From Candidatus Nanopelagicales bacterium (GTDB lineage: Bacteria; Actinomycetota; Actinomycetes; S36-B12; GCA-2699445), in contig JAUYJT010000056.1 in assembly GCA_030700225.1 (NCBI GenBank), positions 663-64,662 on the forward strand: a DNA stretch of 64,000 nucleotides, written 5' to 3'. Every line of letters begins with the position of its first letter. Position 1 is the stretch's first letter. Below, piece by piece: positions 55,092 to 64,000 of the stretch. The notes beneath the pieces are model-generated. The model saw only the letters and a list, made by a program, of their open reading frames with translations, was not told where the DNA came from and made no database searches. A program made the position numbers and the translations under genes.

Positions 55092-56617
55092 CGATGGCGC
55101 TGTGCGTGCGGCGGTTCCTGCTCGACTACGCCCGCAACCCGGTGAATGTGCTGATGCTCGTCATCGTTCCAGTCATCTTCGTCGCCGTCGCGGCGCAGTC
55201 GATCGCCGACACCGCCGAGCTGCTGGGCGGCGCGGGGGGCGCTCCCGCCACCGAGACCTCGACGGCGGGTTGGGCGGCGGGCTTCCTGTCGGGAATCGCG
55301 ATGTACTTCCAGGTTTCATCCGCCCGAGGGACCGACCGTCGGCTGGCCATCGCGGGCATCAGTCCACGCCAACTCGTCGCCGCGAGGCTCTTGACAGGGC
55401 TCATCCTCGCCGCCTTGGTCACTGCGGTGGCTCTGGGCGTGCTGGCTGCGCGAACCGGCCTCGACGACCCGGTGCGCGTGGGTATCGGGACGATGATGTT
55501 CGCCGCTGTCTATGTGGGACTGGGTGCGATCGTCGGCGCGTGGGTACCCAATCCAGTCAACGGAACCGTGCTTGTTCTATTCGTGCTCATCATCGACGTC
55601 TTCTTCGGCCCGACGATGATCACTCAAGACAAGCCGATCACTCGGATCTTGCCAACTCACTTCGTCTCGCTGTGGATGGTCGACGTTCCGTCCGGGCACG
55701 AGAGCGCGCTGAGCGATCTTGGCTGGGCCTTGGTGTGGGCGATCGGATGCCTCGTGGCGGCCTTCTTGGTGCTGCGGGCCACGGTCAACGTCGACGCCGC
55801 GCAGCGCGGCAGGGCGAAGCTAGGTTCGGTTACTGACCAGATGGTCGCCGCGACAGCTCTCGGGATCCGGAACTGGCGGCGCAACCCGATCCTGTGGATC
55901 CTTCTGATCGTAGTTCCGACCGTGTTCATCGTCCTTTCGGAGTTCATCACCCCCAGCGAACTAGTACCCATGACCGTGACCGAGGGCGGAATCGACAAGA
56001 CAGAGATGGTCGATATCGCCAATATCCACGCCGCGACCATGGCGCCGATCGCGGTGTCATCGCTAGCGATGCTGGCTGGGGTATTCGTCGTTCTGGATGC
56101 GCGCTCTGCCGATCAGCGCCTCAACCTGGCAGGCCTGCGCACGGGAGCCTTGCTGTCAGCCAGGCTCGCCGTCGTCGGGCTCGCCGTGCTGCTGTCAACG
56201 TTCGTCGCGCTCGCGGTCACGGCCGCCCTGTTCCGTCCTCCCCAGTGGTTGTCGTACGCTCTGGCCAACCTTCTCCTCGCGATGACGTTCGGCCTGCTCG
56301 GGGTCCTCGCCGGACCAGTGTTCGGACGGATCAGCGGCGCTTTCATCGCGTTTCTTGTCCCGTTCATCGACCTGGGCATGTCCCAAAGCCCCATGCTGCG
56401 CGGAACTCCCCCTGACTGGGCGCAGTACCTGCCCGGATACGCGGGGATGCGAATACTCATCGACGCCGCGGTCACCGACAGCTTCGATGAGGCCCGGAAC
56501 TTGCTGCTTGCTCTCGGCTGGATCGCGGCGCTCCTGGTCGCGTCAGTGCTCGTGTTCCGCCACATGATCAAGTCTCCAAGCCGCCCCGAAATCGGGTCCG
56601 CACTCGTCCGAACTTGA
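55088..56617 (+). CDS. ABC-2 type transporter permease (duplicated, 509 aa)
   Basis: About 12 hydrophobic segments. ATGA overlap with the ATPase gene. Confidence 0.75.
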   Translation: MTMALCVRRFLLDYARNPVNVLMLVIVPVIFVAVAAQSIADTAELLGGAGGAPATETSTAGWAAGFLSGIAMYFQVSSARGTDRRLAIAGISPRQLVAARLLTGLILAALVTAVALGVLAARTGLDDPVRVGIGTMMFAAVYVGLGAIVGAWVPNPVNGTVLVLFVLIIDVFFGPTMITQDKPITRILPTHFVSLWMVDVPSGHESALSDLGWALVWAIGCLVAAFLVLRATVNVDAAQRGRAKLGSVTDQMVAATALGIRNWRRNPILWILLIVVPTVFIVLSEFITPSELVPMTVTEGGIDKTEMVDIANIHAATMAPIAVSSLAMLAGVFVVLDARSADQRLNLAGLRTGALLSARLAVVGLAVLLSTFVALAVTAALFRPPQWLSYALANLLLAMTFGLLGVLAGPVFGRISGAFIAFLVPFIDLGMSQSPMLRGTPPDWAQYLPGYAGMRILIDAAVTDSFDEARNLLLALGWIAALLVASVLVFRHMIKSPSRPEIGSALVRT

Positions 56618-56650
56618 CCCTGCCCCGCGCCGCACCTCGCCCCTCCGCGC

Positions 56651-56757
56651 AGAAACGGCCGCTCCCGACAAACGCACCTGTTACGCAAGGAAACGACCGT
56701 TCTAACGGGCGCGTCTGTACCCAAAAGGGCGCTTCTGTTCGGAGCGGCCGTTTCTGC
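56651..56757 (+). repeat. Structured dispersed intergenic repeat, copy C
   Basis: GAAACGGCCGCTCCCGACAAACGCACCTGTTACGCAAGGAAACGACCGTTCTAACGGGCGCGTCTGTACCCAAAAGGGCGC... is collinear with copy A. Confidence 0.8.
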
Positions 56758-56760
56758 CAG

Positions 56761-56792
56761 GACGGCGGGACGGCGGGACGGCGGGACGGCGG
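56761..56792 (+). repeat. Perfect tandem octamer (GACGGCGG)x4
   Basis: Four exact 8-nt units immediately after repeat copy C, abutting the stop codon of the convergent DUF2752-like gene. Confidence 0.9.
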
Positions 56793-56793
56793 G

Positions 56794-57240
56794 CTACATG
56801 AGCAGTTCGGCGTGGGACTGCTGGTTGACCTCCAGCGCCACAATGAGCGCGATGACCACGGCAACCGCGATCCACTTGCCCCGTCGGGTCCACCTGATGT
56901 GCATCGAGGGCCAGCGCCCCGAGATGAGCCCGAATGCGCCCCTGACGACCAGAACCGCACCAGTTAGAACCACCGGTATGCCGATGGGGTTGTACCTCCA
57001 GGACTCCGCGAAGTCACCCATGGCCGCCAGCCGCACGGCGCGCGTACCACCGCACAGCGGGTCCATGTACCCAGCGGCGTGCAACGGGCCGTGCATGTCC
57101 AGCGGCGGCAATCCGAAGATCGCCATAGCGACCGCCAGGAGGAGTCCCCCGAGCGCGAACCACGTAAACCCCGTCCAAGCGTCGTGGTCTTCCAAACTCA
57201 GCCAGACCCGTCTGGTACGCGTGTCGGAAGGAACAGTCAC
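56794..57240 (-). CDS. DUF2752-like membrane protein
   Basis: The DPLCGGTRAV motif, flanked by hydrophobic helices, is typical of DUF2752. Confidence 0.65.
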   Translation of the reverse strand: MTVPSDTRTRRVWLSLEDHDAWTGFTWFALGGLLLAVAMAIFGLPPLDMHGPLHAAGYMDPLCGGTRAVRLAAMGDFAESWRYNPIGIPVVLTGAVLVVRGAFGLISGRWPSMHIRWTRRGKWIAVAVVIALIVALEVNQQSHAELLM

Positions 57241-57272
57241 ACCCGATGTCTACCAAAGTCGGCAGCGAACTG

Positions 57273-58010
57273 TCACGGTGTCCTGCGTCGCAAGGTCGCC
57301 GCGCCCAGGCCCACGGCTCCGACGATGAAGGCCGCGACGACGGCCATCGACGTCAGCGTCCCAGAGTCGAGCTGCGCGTGGGTCGCTATGTCAGTCGTGG
57401 CGTCGACCGCATAGGACAGCGGCAGTACGTCGGATATAGCGGACAGGACGGTAACCATCTGATCCCTTGGCGCGAGCAGCCCGCACAGCAGGAACTGAGG
57501 CAGCACGAACGCCGGCATGAACTGCACGGCCTGGAACTCAGTCTGGGCGAACGCGCTCAGCGCCAGGCCGCAGGCGGTTCCCAGCAACGCGACCAGGACG
57601 GCCACAAGCGTCAGCGACCAGGTCGACCCAGCCACCTGAAGGCCGAGCAGCCACAACGACACGCCGACCGCGAGCACGGACTGGATCAGGGCCATCAGCC
57701 CGAACGCCAGCAGATACCCGACTAGGAGGTCTCCTTTGCCGATGGGCATCGCCAGCAGCCGCTCCAGAGTCCCCGTCTGGCGCTCTCGCAGGGTCGCGAC
57801 GCTGGTAACGACGAACATCACAAGGAAGGGGAAGATGCCCAGCAGGGACGTGCCAGCGGAGTTGAACAGCTCGGGGGAATCGATCCAGACGTACTTCAGA
57901 AGTGTCATCAACAGAATCGGAACAGCGAGCATCAACGCGACAGTCCGGTGGTCATGCCGGATCTGATGCAGCACGCGCGCTGCCGTCGCCAGCGTTCGCG
58001 AGGCCGTCAT
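57273..58010 (-). CDS. ABC-2 type transporter permease
   Basis: Six TM segments. 4-nt overlap with the upstream ATPase. Confidence 0.8.
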   Translation of the reverse strand: MTASRTLATAARVLHQIRHDHRTVALMLAVPILLMTLLKYVWIDSPELFNSAGTSLLGIFPFLVMFVVTSVATLRERQTGTLERLLAMPIGKGDLLVGYLLAFGLMALIQSVLAVGVSLWLLGLQVAGSTWSLTLVAVLVALLGTACGLALSAFAQTEFQAVQFMPAFVLPQFLLCGLLAPRDQMVTVLSAISDVLPLSYAVDATTDIATHAQLDSGTLTSMAVVAAFIVGAVGLGAATLRRRTP

Positions 58011-58747
58011 GCGCCGCCCCGCTCGCCGCCGGAGGCTCCCTCGCGCTCAACCAGGGCCAGGAATGCGCTCTCGACGTTCCCGGTTCCCGTCTCGGCGAGA
58101 ACAGAGTCCAGCGTGTCGTCGGCCAGTATCCGGCCCTGCCGCAGAAGCAGCATCCTGTCGCAGCGCGATGCCTCATCCATGACGTGGCTCGACACGACAA
58201 GGGTGACTCCGTTGTCCGCCAACGAGCGGAAGATGTTCCATAGGTCACGCCGGAGCACTGGGTCTAGCCCAACTGTCGGCTCGTCCAGGATTAGGACCTC
58301 GGGCGAACCGAGCAGCGCCACAGCCAGCGATGCCCGGCCGCGCTGGCCGCCCGACAGCCGCGACACTCGACGGTCCGCCATGTCCGTCAGCCCGACTTCG
58401 GTGAGAACCCGGTCAACATCGGATACTGGCGTGCCAAGGATCTTCCCGAAGTACCGGATGTTCTCCCGCACGGACAGATCCGCGTACACGCTCGGATCCT
58501 GCGTCACGTATCCGATCCGATGCCGCAAGTCAGGGTCACCCGCCGGCCTGCCGAGCACAGTCACTGTTCCGCCATGCGTGTACTGAACGCCAACGATGGC
58601 GCGCATCATGGTGGTCTTGCCGCCGCCGCTGGGCCCCAGCAGGCCGGTGATCTGACCAGCGGCGATCTGGCACGAAACCTCGTGAAGGACGGCTTGGCCG
58701 CCCCGGTCGACACGAAGCTGATCGACGACGATCGCGGGGTCGACCAT
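58007..58747 (-). CDS. ABC transporter ATP-binding protein (DrrA-like exporter ATPase)
   Basis: Walker A GPSGGGKTT, signature LSGGQRGR, Walker B ILILDEP. Confidence 0.85.
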   Translation of the reverse strand: MVDPAIVVDQLRVDRGGQAVLHEVSCQIAAGQITGLLGPSGGGKTTMMRAIVGVQYTHGGTVTVLGRPAGDPDLRHRIGYVTQDPSVYADLSVRENIRYFGKILGTPVSDVDRVLTEVGLTDMADRRVSRLSGGQRGRASLAVALLGSPEVLILDEPTVGLDPVLRRDLWNIFRSLADNGVTLVVSSHVMDEASRCDRMLLLRQGRILADDTLDSVLAETGTGNVESAFLALVEREGASGGERGGA

Positions 58748-58757
58748 CTCGGGCCCG

Positions 58758-59336
58758 CTACGTTCCGGGGATCGACTTCGTCGGATCCAGCAGATCCTGA
58801 ATTATCGGCGCGAACATCCTCACGACATCGTCCTCCGGCGCCGAAGCCAGCGGCTCAAGCCTGATGATGAAGCGAACGGTAGCCAGCCCGATCAGATGGC
58901 TGGAGATCAGCGCAGCTCGCATCCGGGCATCCGGGATACCGACGACGCCGGCCACTCGGTCGATTACTGATTCCTCCAGGAATTCCCTCAGGTCAGCACT
59001 GGCCTTGCCCGCGGCGATCCCGGACTGGAACAGGTCGATGAGTTCCTGGCGTGATTGCTCGTCACTGACCATCTCAAAAGTGCCCCGCACAAGACGTTCG
59101 CCCATGCCTTCAAGCCCGGGCGCCAGGAGTTGGGGGACAGCGCTCGAAGGATCGAAGGGGAATCGTACGGCGGCCGCGAACATCTGTTCCTTGCTCGCGT
59201 AGTACTTGCGCAGCACGCCAGGAGCCACTCCGGCAGCCGAGGCCACGCCCTTCATTGTGGTGTGTGCGTAGCCGTAGTTGTGGAACGCCGAACGGGCGGC
59301 TTCCAGGACAGCGTCCGCTACTTCGTCTCGGGTCAT
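58758..59336 (-). CDS. TetR/AcrR family transcriptional regulator
   Basis: N-terminal HTH FHNYGYAHTTMKGVASAAGVAPGVLRKYY. First gene of the exporter operon. Confidence 0.85.
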   Translation of the reverse strand: MTRDEVADAVLEAARSAFHNYGYAHTTMKGVASAAGVAPGVLRKYYASKEQMFAAAVRFPFDPSSAVPQLLAPGLEGMGERLVRGTFEMVSDEQSRQELIDLFQSGIAAGKASADLREFLEESVIDRVAGVVGIPDARMRAALISSHLIGLATVRFIIRLEPLASAPEDDVVRMFAPIIQDLLDPTKSIPGT

Positions 59337-59341
59337 GATGA

Positions 59342-60238
59342 CTACTTTAGGGATGACTCGGGGCGAACGCGGCCAGATCGCCGCTCAACCGTGGAAACCG
59401 CCATGTGGAGCCGTGCGAAGACCAGAGCCTCGGCGAGGTCCGCTTCACGATCAGCGCGAGAAGCCGCCTTGCGCGTGGACACTTCCACCACGACCGTGCC
59501 ACCAAACCCGCGTCGCGCCAGGAACTCCAGCAGCTGGCCCGCGGGTTGAGAGCCGCGGCCTGGGATCAAGTGCTCGTCACGGGCTGATCCGGTGCCGTCC
59601 GCCAGGTGTATGTGAGCCAACCTGTCGCCGAGATCCTCAGCGACCTTGACAGCGTCCGAACCACTCACCGCCGTGTGGGACAGATCCAATGTCGTGTGCG
59701 GGTAGTCATCATGCCGGACGTCCCAGCCCGGAGCGTAGGCCAGGATTTCGCGCGAGCGCGCTCGCCATGGGTACATATTCTCGACGGCGAACTTGATGTC
59801 GGTCTCCTCGCCCATCCGCCGAAGCCCGGTGACGAAATCGCGCGAGTACTCCCTCTGCCAGCGGAAGGGCGGGTGAACGACCACGGTGCTCGCGCCGAAG
59901 AGCTCCCCGGCGGCCTTGGCCTTGAGCAGCTTGCCCCATGGGTCAGTGCCCCAGACCCTCTGCGTGATTAGTAGACAAGGAGCGTGAATGGCCAGGATCG
60001 GCATCGAGTAGTGATCCGACAAGCGTTTCAAGGCGTCGGGATCCTGGCTAATCTGGTCGGTCATAACCATGACCTCTATACCGTCATACCCGAGCCTCGC
60101 GGCTATCTCGAACGCCGCGGCCGCTGACTCCGGATAGACCGACGCCGTCGACAGCGCCACCTTCGCGTCTGGGATTCGCACGGCGGGCGTCTTCTTCGTT
60201 CTGCCGCCGCGTTTCGCCGCGGCCTGGGCTCGTGTCAT
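59342..60238 (-). CDS. Sugar phosphate isomerase/epimerase (xylose isomerase-like TIM barrel)
   Basis: 298 aa from ATG 60238, which forms an ATGA overlap with the P-type ATPase stop. Contains [16 protein letters not shown] and HIHLADG motifs. The upstream ORF extension was rejected. Confidence 0.75.
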   Translation of the reverse strand: MTRAQAAAKRGGRTKKTPAVRIPDAKVALSTASVYPESAAAAFEIAARLGYDGIEVMVMTDQISQDPDALKRLSDHYSMPILAIHAPCLLITQRVWGTDPWGKLLKAKAAGELFGASTVVVHPPFRWQREYSRDFVTGLRRMGEETDIKFAVENMYPWRARSREILAYAPGWDVRHDDYPHTTLDLSHTAVSGSDAVKVAEDLGDRLAHIHLADGTGSARDEHLIPGRGSQPAGQLLEFLARRGFGGTVVVEVSTRKAASRADREADLAEALVFARLHMAVSTVERRSGRVRPESSLK

Positions 60239-62595
60239 GAGCGCCGCCGACGGTCGATGAAAGGAGTGATCAGCAAGATTACCGCAGCACCGAGTAGACC
60301 GATTCCCACCGCGACTCCAGCGTTGGAGTCCGGATACACCCTCATAGCGAAGAATTCTGACAGAGCCGGGACAACAATGACGGTGACGAACGATAGAGCC
60401 ATGATGGCGACCACTGCCAATCTCAGCAGATTCAGCGGTCTTGCGGACTGCAGCAGGACAGCCAACGCCACCACAAACAGCGAAATCGTGGCGTCGACGC
60501 GCGCGCTGGCCTCGCTCGTTTGCCCGATCGCGAGCAGGTACGACGTGAACGTAGCGGCGGCCGCGACAATGCCCGCCGGGACAGCGAACAGCAACACCCG
60601 CCGGAAGAAACCTGGCCTGAAGCGATCGGTGTTCGGCATCAGCGCCAGGAAGAATCCCGGGATGCCGATTGTCAGGGAGCCAATCAGCGTCAAGTGCCTC
60701 GGCAGGAACGGGAACGCTACGCCGAACAACCCCGTGGAAAGTGAAATAACCATCGCGTAGATGGACTTGGTCAGGAACACATCGGCAACCCGCTCGATGT
60801 TGCCAAGGACCCGCCTGCCTTCGTACACGATCTGCGGCAAGGTGGCCCACTTGTTGTCCAGCAGGACGACTTGGGCGACGGCGCGGGTTGCCGGTGCGCC
60901 TGAGCCCATGGCGATCCCGAGGTCGGCTCGTTTCAGCGCGAGCACGTCGTTGACACCGTCCCCGGTCATGGTCACGGTGTGTCCCCGGCTCTGCAGAGCG
61001 TCAACCATCAGCTGCTTCTGCGCTGGAGTCACGCGGCCGAACACCGAGCCGTCGTCCATGGCTATGCCAAGTTCTGGAACTGTCACCGGAAGAGTCGACG
61101 CGTCCACGGGGTTATCCGCACCGGCGACTCCAGCGCGCCGCGCGATCGCTCCTACGCTGGCGGCGTTGTCTCCGGAGATGACTTTCACCGACACGCCCTG
61201 GCTGTCGAAGAAGTCGATTGTCTGCTTCGCGTCGGATCGCAAGTGCTGGTCGATGACGACCAGCGCCACAGGTACAACAGTCGGCAGCGGCAGTTCCGCA
61301 CACGCGTCGCCCACGGCCGACGCCAAGAGCAAGACGCGTGCCCCGTCCGCTGTCTCTTCCTCCACCCGGCCAGCCCAGGCCGTCTGACCCCAGCCCGGGT
61401 CGACGATCTCCGGGGCGCCGATTACCCAGCACCCGTGGTCGGCGAAGCTGGCGCTGGACCACTTCCTCGAGGACGAGAACGGAACGGTCACCGTCACCGG
61501 CCAGAAGGGGTCAGGGCACTCGTCGCGTACAGCGTCCATGGTTGGGTTGGGTCGCGGATCTGAGGCCGCCAACGCGCCGAGGATCTGGTGCAGATAGGCC
61601 GGGTCATGAGACGCCAGCGGAACGATGGCTCGCACCCCCATGCCTGGGTCGGTCAAGGTGCCTGTCTTGTCGACGCACACCACGTCGGTCCGCGCGAGCG
61701 CCTCGACCGCCGGGAGCTCCTGTACAAGTGCCTTGCGCTGGGCGAGCCGGATGACCGCGACTGCCATGGCGATGCTCGTCAGCAGCACCAGTCCTTCCGG
61801 GATCATCGTGACCATCCCGGCGATGGATCCACGGATCGCGTCCTTGACCGGCTGATCGGCTCTCATCTGGCTGATCACGAGCAAGATCCCGACTGGGATG
61901 ATGAGTACGCCCACGACCTTGATGAACCTCATGACCGAGTCGCGCAGTTCCGAGTCAGCCATCGCGTAGTGCTTGGCCTCAGCGGTTATCCCGGCCGCGA
62001 ATGAATCCGGGCCGACTCGCTGGGCGACCATCAATCCCGAGCCGGCGGCCACAAACGAGCCGCTCATCAGCTCATCTCCGGGTGCCTTCGGCACTGAGTC
62101 GGCCTCTCCGGTCAGCAGACTCTCGTCCAGCTCCATTCCGGCGCTGGCGACGACCTCCCCATCAACGACGAGCTGGTCCCCGGCGTTGAGCACGAGGAGG
62201 TCGTCACGAACGACGTCGTGGATCCGGACCTCGACGTCGTTGCCGTCACGTCGCACGGTCGGGCGTGCCTCTCCGATGACCGACAGCTCTGCCAGCGCCC
62301 TGGACGCACGGTATTCCTGTATGACGCCTATGGCGGTGTTGGCGATGATGACGAGACCGAACAGCGTGTCTTGTGGCGGCGCCACCAAGATCATCATCAC
62401 CCAGAGGGTCCCCAGGAGCGCGTTGAACGGGGTCAGCGTGTTTGCCCTGACGATGTCACCGAGGCTGCGGGACTTCGCTTCCGGTGAATCGTTCGTCAGT
62501 CCGGCAGCTACGCGCCGCTCAACGTCCGCGGTGCTCAGGCCCTGCGCGGGATCGGGTGTGGTCGGCGCTGGAATTTCGACCAGAGGAGCGCTCAA
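60235..62595 (-). CDS. Cation-transporting P-type ATPase
   Basis: Phosphorylation motif CVDKTGTLT, hinge motif [22 protein letters not shown], and about 8-10 TM helices. Confidence 0.9.
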   Translation of the reverse strand: MSAPLVEIPAPTTPDPAQGLSTADVERRVAAGLTNDSPEAKSRSLGDIVRANTLTPFNALLGTLWVMMILVAPPQDTLFGLVIIANTAIGVIQEYRASRALAELSVIGEARPTVRRDGNDVEVRIHDVVRDDLLVLNAGDQLVVDGEVVASAGMELDESLLTGEADSVPKAPGDELMSGSFVAAGSGLMVAQRVGPDSFAAGITAEAKHYAMADSELRDSVMRFIKVVGVLIIPVGILLVISQMRADQPVKDAIRGSIAGMVTMIPEGLVLLTSIAMAVAVIRLAQRKALVQELPAVEALARTDVVCVDKTGTLTDPGMGVRAIVPLASHDPAYLHQILGALAASDPRPNPTMDAVRDECPDPFWPVTVTVPFSSSRKWSSASFADHGCWVIGAPEIVDPGWGQTAWAGRVEEETADGARVLLLASAVGDACAELPLPTVVPVALVVIDQHLRSDAKQTIDFFDSQGVSVKVISGDNAASVGAIARRAGVAGADNPVDASTLPVTVPELGIAMDDGSVFGRVTPAQKQLMVDALQSRGHTVTMTGDGVNDVLALKRADLGIAMGSGAPATRAVAQVVLLDNKWATLPQIVYEGRRVLGNIERVADVFLTKSIYAMVISLSTGLFGVAFPFLPRHLTLIGSLTIGIPGFFLALMPNTDRFRPGFFRRVLLFAVPAGIVAAAATFTSYLLAIGQTSEASARVDATISLFVVALAVLLQSARPLNLLRLAVVAIMALSFVTVIVVPALSEFFAMRVYPDSNAGVAVGIGLLGAAVILLITPFIDRRRRS

Positions 62596-63521
62596 TGTTC
62601 AAGCCCGTCGAGCCGCCGCAGAATGATCCCCTCACGCAAAGCCCAAGGGCAGACATCCAACATTTCGATTCCGAGCAGGTCCATGGCTGCCTCCGCCACG
62701 ACCGCTCCCGCCACAAGCTGACCCGCCCTGCCCACAGACACGCCCGGCAACGATGCCCGCTCCTGGGCGGTCATCGCCGCCAGCTTCGGCAGCCATTCCG
62801 ACAGGTCGACCCCGGCCAGGGTCCGGCGGACGAACTGCCCTTCCGCCGACGGCGCCGACCCGGCGATCCGCGCTAGCTGCTTGAAGGTCTTGGATGTTGC
62901 GACGGCGTGGCGGGTCGCCTCCATCCGCTGGATCCGTCCGGCCACGTCGGCGATCTGGGCGCGCGCCGCTTTGCGAAGCTCTCGGACAAGTTCTTGCCGA
63001 GGGGGATCCCCCGCCAGATGGGTGCGGGTCAGCAGGCCGGCACCCAGCGGCAGCGAAACCGTCCACTCCGGCTCCTCGTCCCCCCCGACCGCGATTTCCA
63101 GACTCCCGCCCCCAATGTCGAGGACCAGCAGCCGACCGGAGGACCACCCGTACCAGCGCCGAACTGCCAAGAAGGTCAACCGCGCCTCGTCCTCGCCGGA
63201 CAGCACGTCGATGTCCACGCCCGTGGCGTCCTTGACGGCCCACAGCAGCTCGCCACCGTTCGCCGCGTCACGCACCGCCGAAGTCGCGAAGGCCTTGAAC
63301 TCGCTCACGCCCAGGTCCTCCTTGGCGACCAAAGCCTCGCGCACGAAACCAATCAAGGACTCGATCGCCTCTGAATCGATCAGACCCTCAGGCGTCAGGT
63401 GCTCAGATAGCCGCAGCTCGATCTTTCGCGAGAACGCCGGAATCGGCGCTGCGCCATAGTGGGCGTCAACCACTAGCAGATGGACGGTGTTTGACCCGAT
63501 GTCGAGCACTCCGAGACGCAC
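62592..63521 (-). CDS. ppx: Ppx/GppA family phosphatase
   Basis: ASKHA-fold motifs [14 protein letters not shown] and [11 protein letters not shown]. 4-nt overlap with the downstream ATPase. Confidence 0.85.
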   Translation of the reverse strand: MRLGVLDIGSNTVHLLVVDAHYGAAPIPAFSRKIELRLSEHLTPEGLIDSEAIESLIGFVREALVAKEDLGVSEFKAFATSAVRDAANGGELLWAVKDATGVDIDVLSGEDEARLTFLAVRRWYGWSSGRLLVLDIGGGSLEIAVGGDEEPEWTVSLPLGAGLLTRTHLAGDPPRQELVRELRKAARAQIADVAGRIQRMEATRHAVATSKTFKQLARIAGSAPSAEGQFVRRTLAGVDLSEWLPKLAAMTAQERASLPGVSVGRAGQLVAGAVVAEAAMDLLGIEMLDVCPWALREGIILRRLDGLEH

Positions 63522-63552
63522 GGTCCGACGGTAGCGCGTCTACTCTTGGGGC

Positions 63553-64000
63553 GTGGCGGAGGTGACCCCGGGATTCCCGAGGGCGTGGATCGAATTCAGA
63601 GATCCCGCCAACGACAACCAGTTGATTCGAGCGGACCTAACTTGGCTCACATCCAAATGGAATTGCACTTTCGGTCAGGGCTGCCTCGGCATCTACCGCT
63701 CGGCGCCTGACGCCGGCTGTTGCGCACTGGGAGCCCACCTCGCCGACAACGCCGACCTCAGGCGCGTGGCGAAGTGGGTCGGGCGCCTGACGGCGCGGGA
63801 TTGGCAGCAGCGACCGGGCGGGAGACTGACTCGCGCTGCCTGGACCGAGCAGGACGAGGAGGGCGCTCGCAAGACGAGGGTGACCGAGGGCGCGTGCATC
63901 CTGATGAACGGCCCGGGCTTCCCAGGTGGTTCCGGCTGCGCGCTCCACATCCTGGCCATGAGGCTCGGCGAATCCTTCGTAGAAACCAAACCCGATGTGT
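63553..64000 (+). CDS. Conserved Cys-rich hypothetical protein, 3-prime end outside the window
   Basis: GTG-initiated frame open to the window edge: VAEVTPGFPRAWIEFRDPANDNQLIRADLTWLTSKWNCTFGQGCLGIY...GCCALGAH...GCALH. Good GC3 bias. Divergent from ppx. Confidence 0.5.
   Translation, partial: MAEVTPGFPRAWIEFRDPANDNQLIRADLTWLTSKWNCTFGQGCLGIYRSAPDAGCCALGAHLADNADLRRVAKWVGRLTARDWQQRPGGRLTRAAWTEQDEEGARKTRVTEGACILMNGPGFPGGSGCALHILAMRLGESFVETKPDV

Noticed and set aside
60239-60850. Upstream extension of the sugar phosphate isomerase ORF (502-aa version)
   Set aside because: It lies entirely within the P-type ATPase coding region in another frame. ATG 60238 forms an ATGA junction with the ATPase stop.

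Overview
GC-rich actinobacterial chromosome segment with strong third-position GC bias and many 4-nt ATGA/GTGA start-stop overlaps. The core genes are housekeeping: gltA, an aminotransferase, tyrA, pheA, fdxA, mshB, an S9 peptidase, a dpp/opp-type peptide ABC operon, sulfite/nitrite reductase, ppk2, ychF, rmuC, ispH, xseAB, class I fumarase, PIN-PhoH, uppS, greA, bS22, proC, proline dehydrogenase, several ABC exporters, a P-type ATPase and ppx. The main accessory feature is an ~11.8 kb integrase-less island at ~21.15-32.99 kb, which I read as a decaying defence island. It sits against the 3-prime end of ychF. Its left side carries two degenerate copies of the ychF tail (FRFNV-stop), each followed by a homologous ~150-bp arm, which suggests tandem site-specific insertions. 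Island cargo includes three units of unknown or partly known function: a two-gene operon (Ymh/TIGR02391-like protein plus an unknown 165-aa protein), an RHH protein plus an unknown 259-aa protein, and a GIY-YIG/DUF4357 gene with a truncated partner. It also carries a type I R-M locus whose hsdR has an in-frame internal deletion and which has an AbiEi/AbiEii pair nested between hsdR and hsdM, plus RadC, DUF3024 and a wHTH-nucleotidyltransferase with a truncated partner. Outside the island, a structured ~105-bp intergenic repeat occurs three times (8.5, 34.2 and 56.7 kb), twice next to G-rich tandem tracts. An FrhB-like Fe-S protein is translationally coupled to the sulfite reductase. No rRNA, tRNA, CRISPR array, transposase or integrase was recognised. 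All family assignments come from motif recognition by eye, not from searches.
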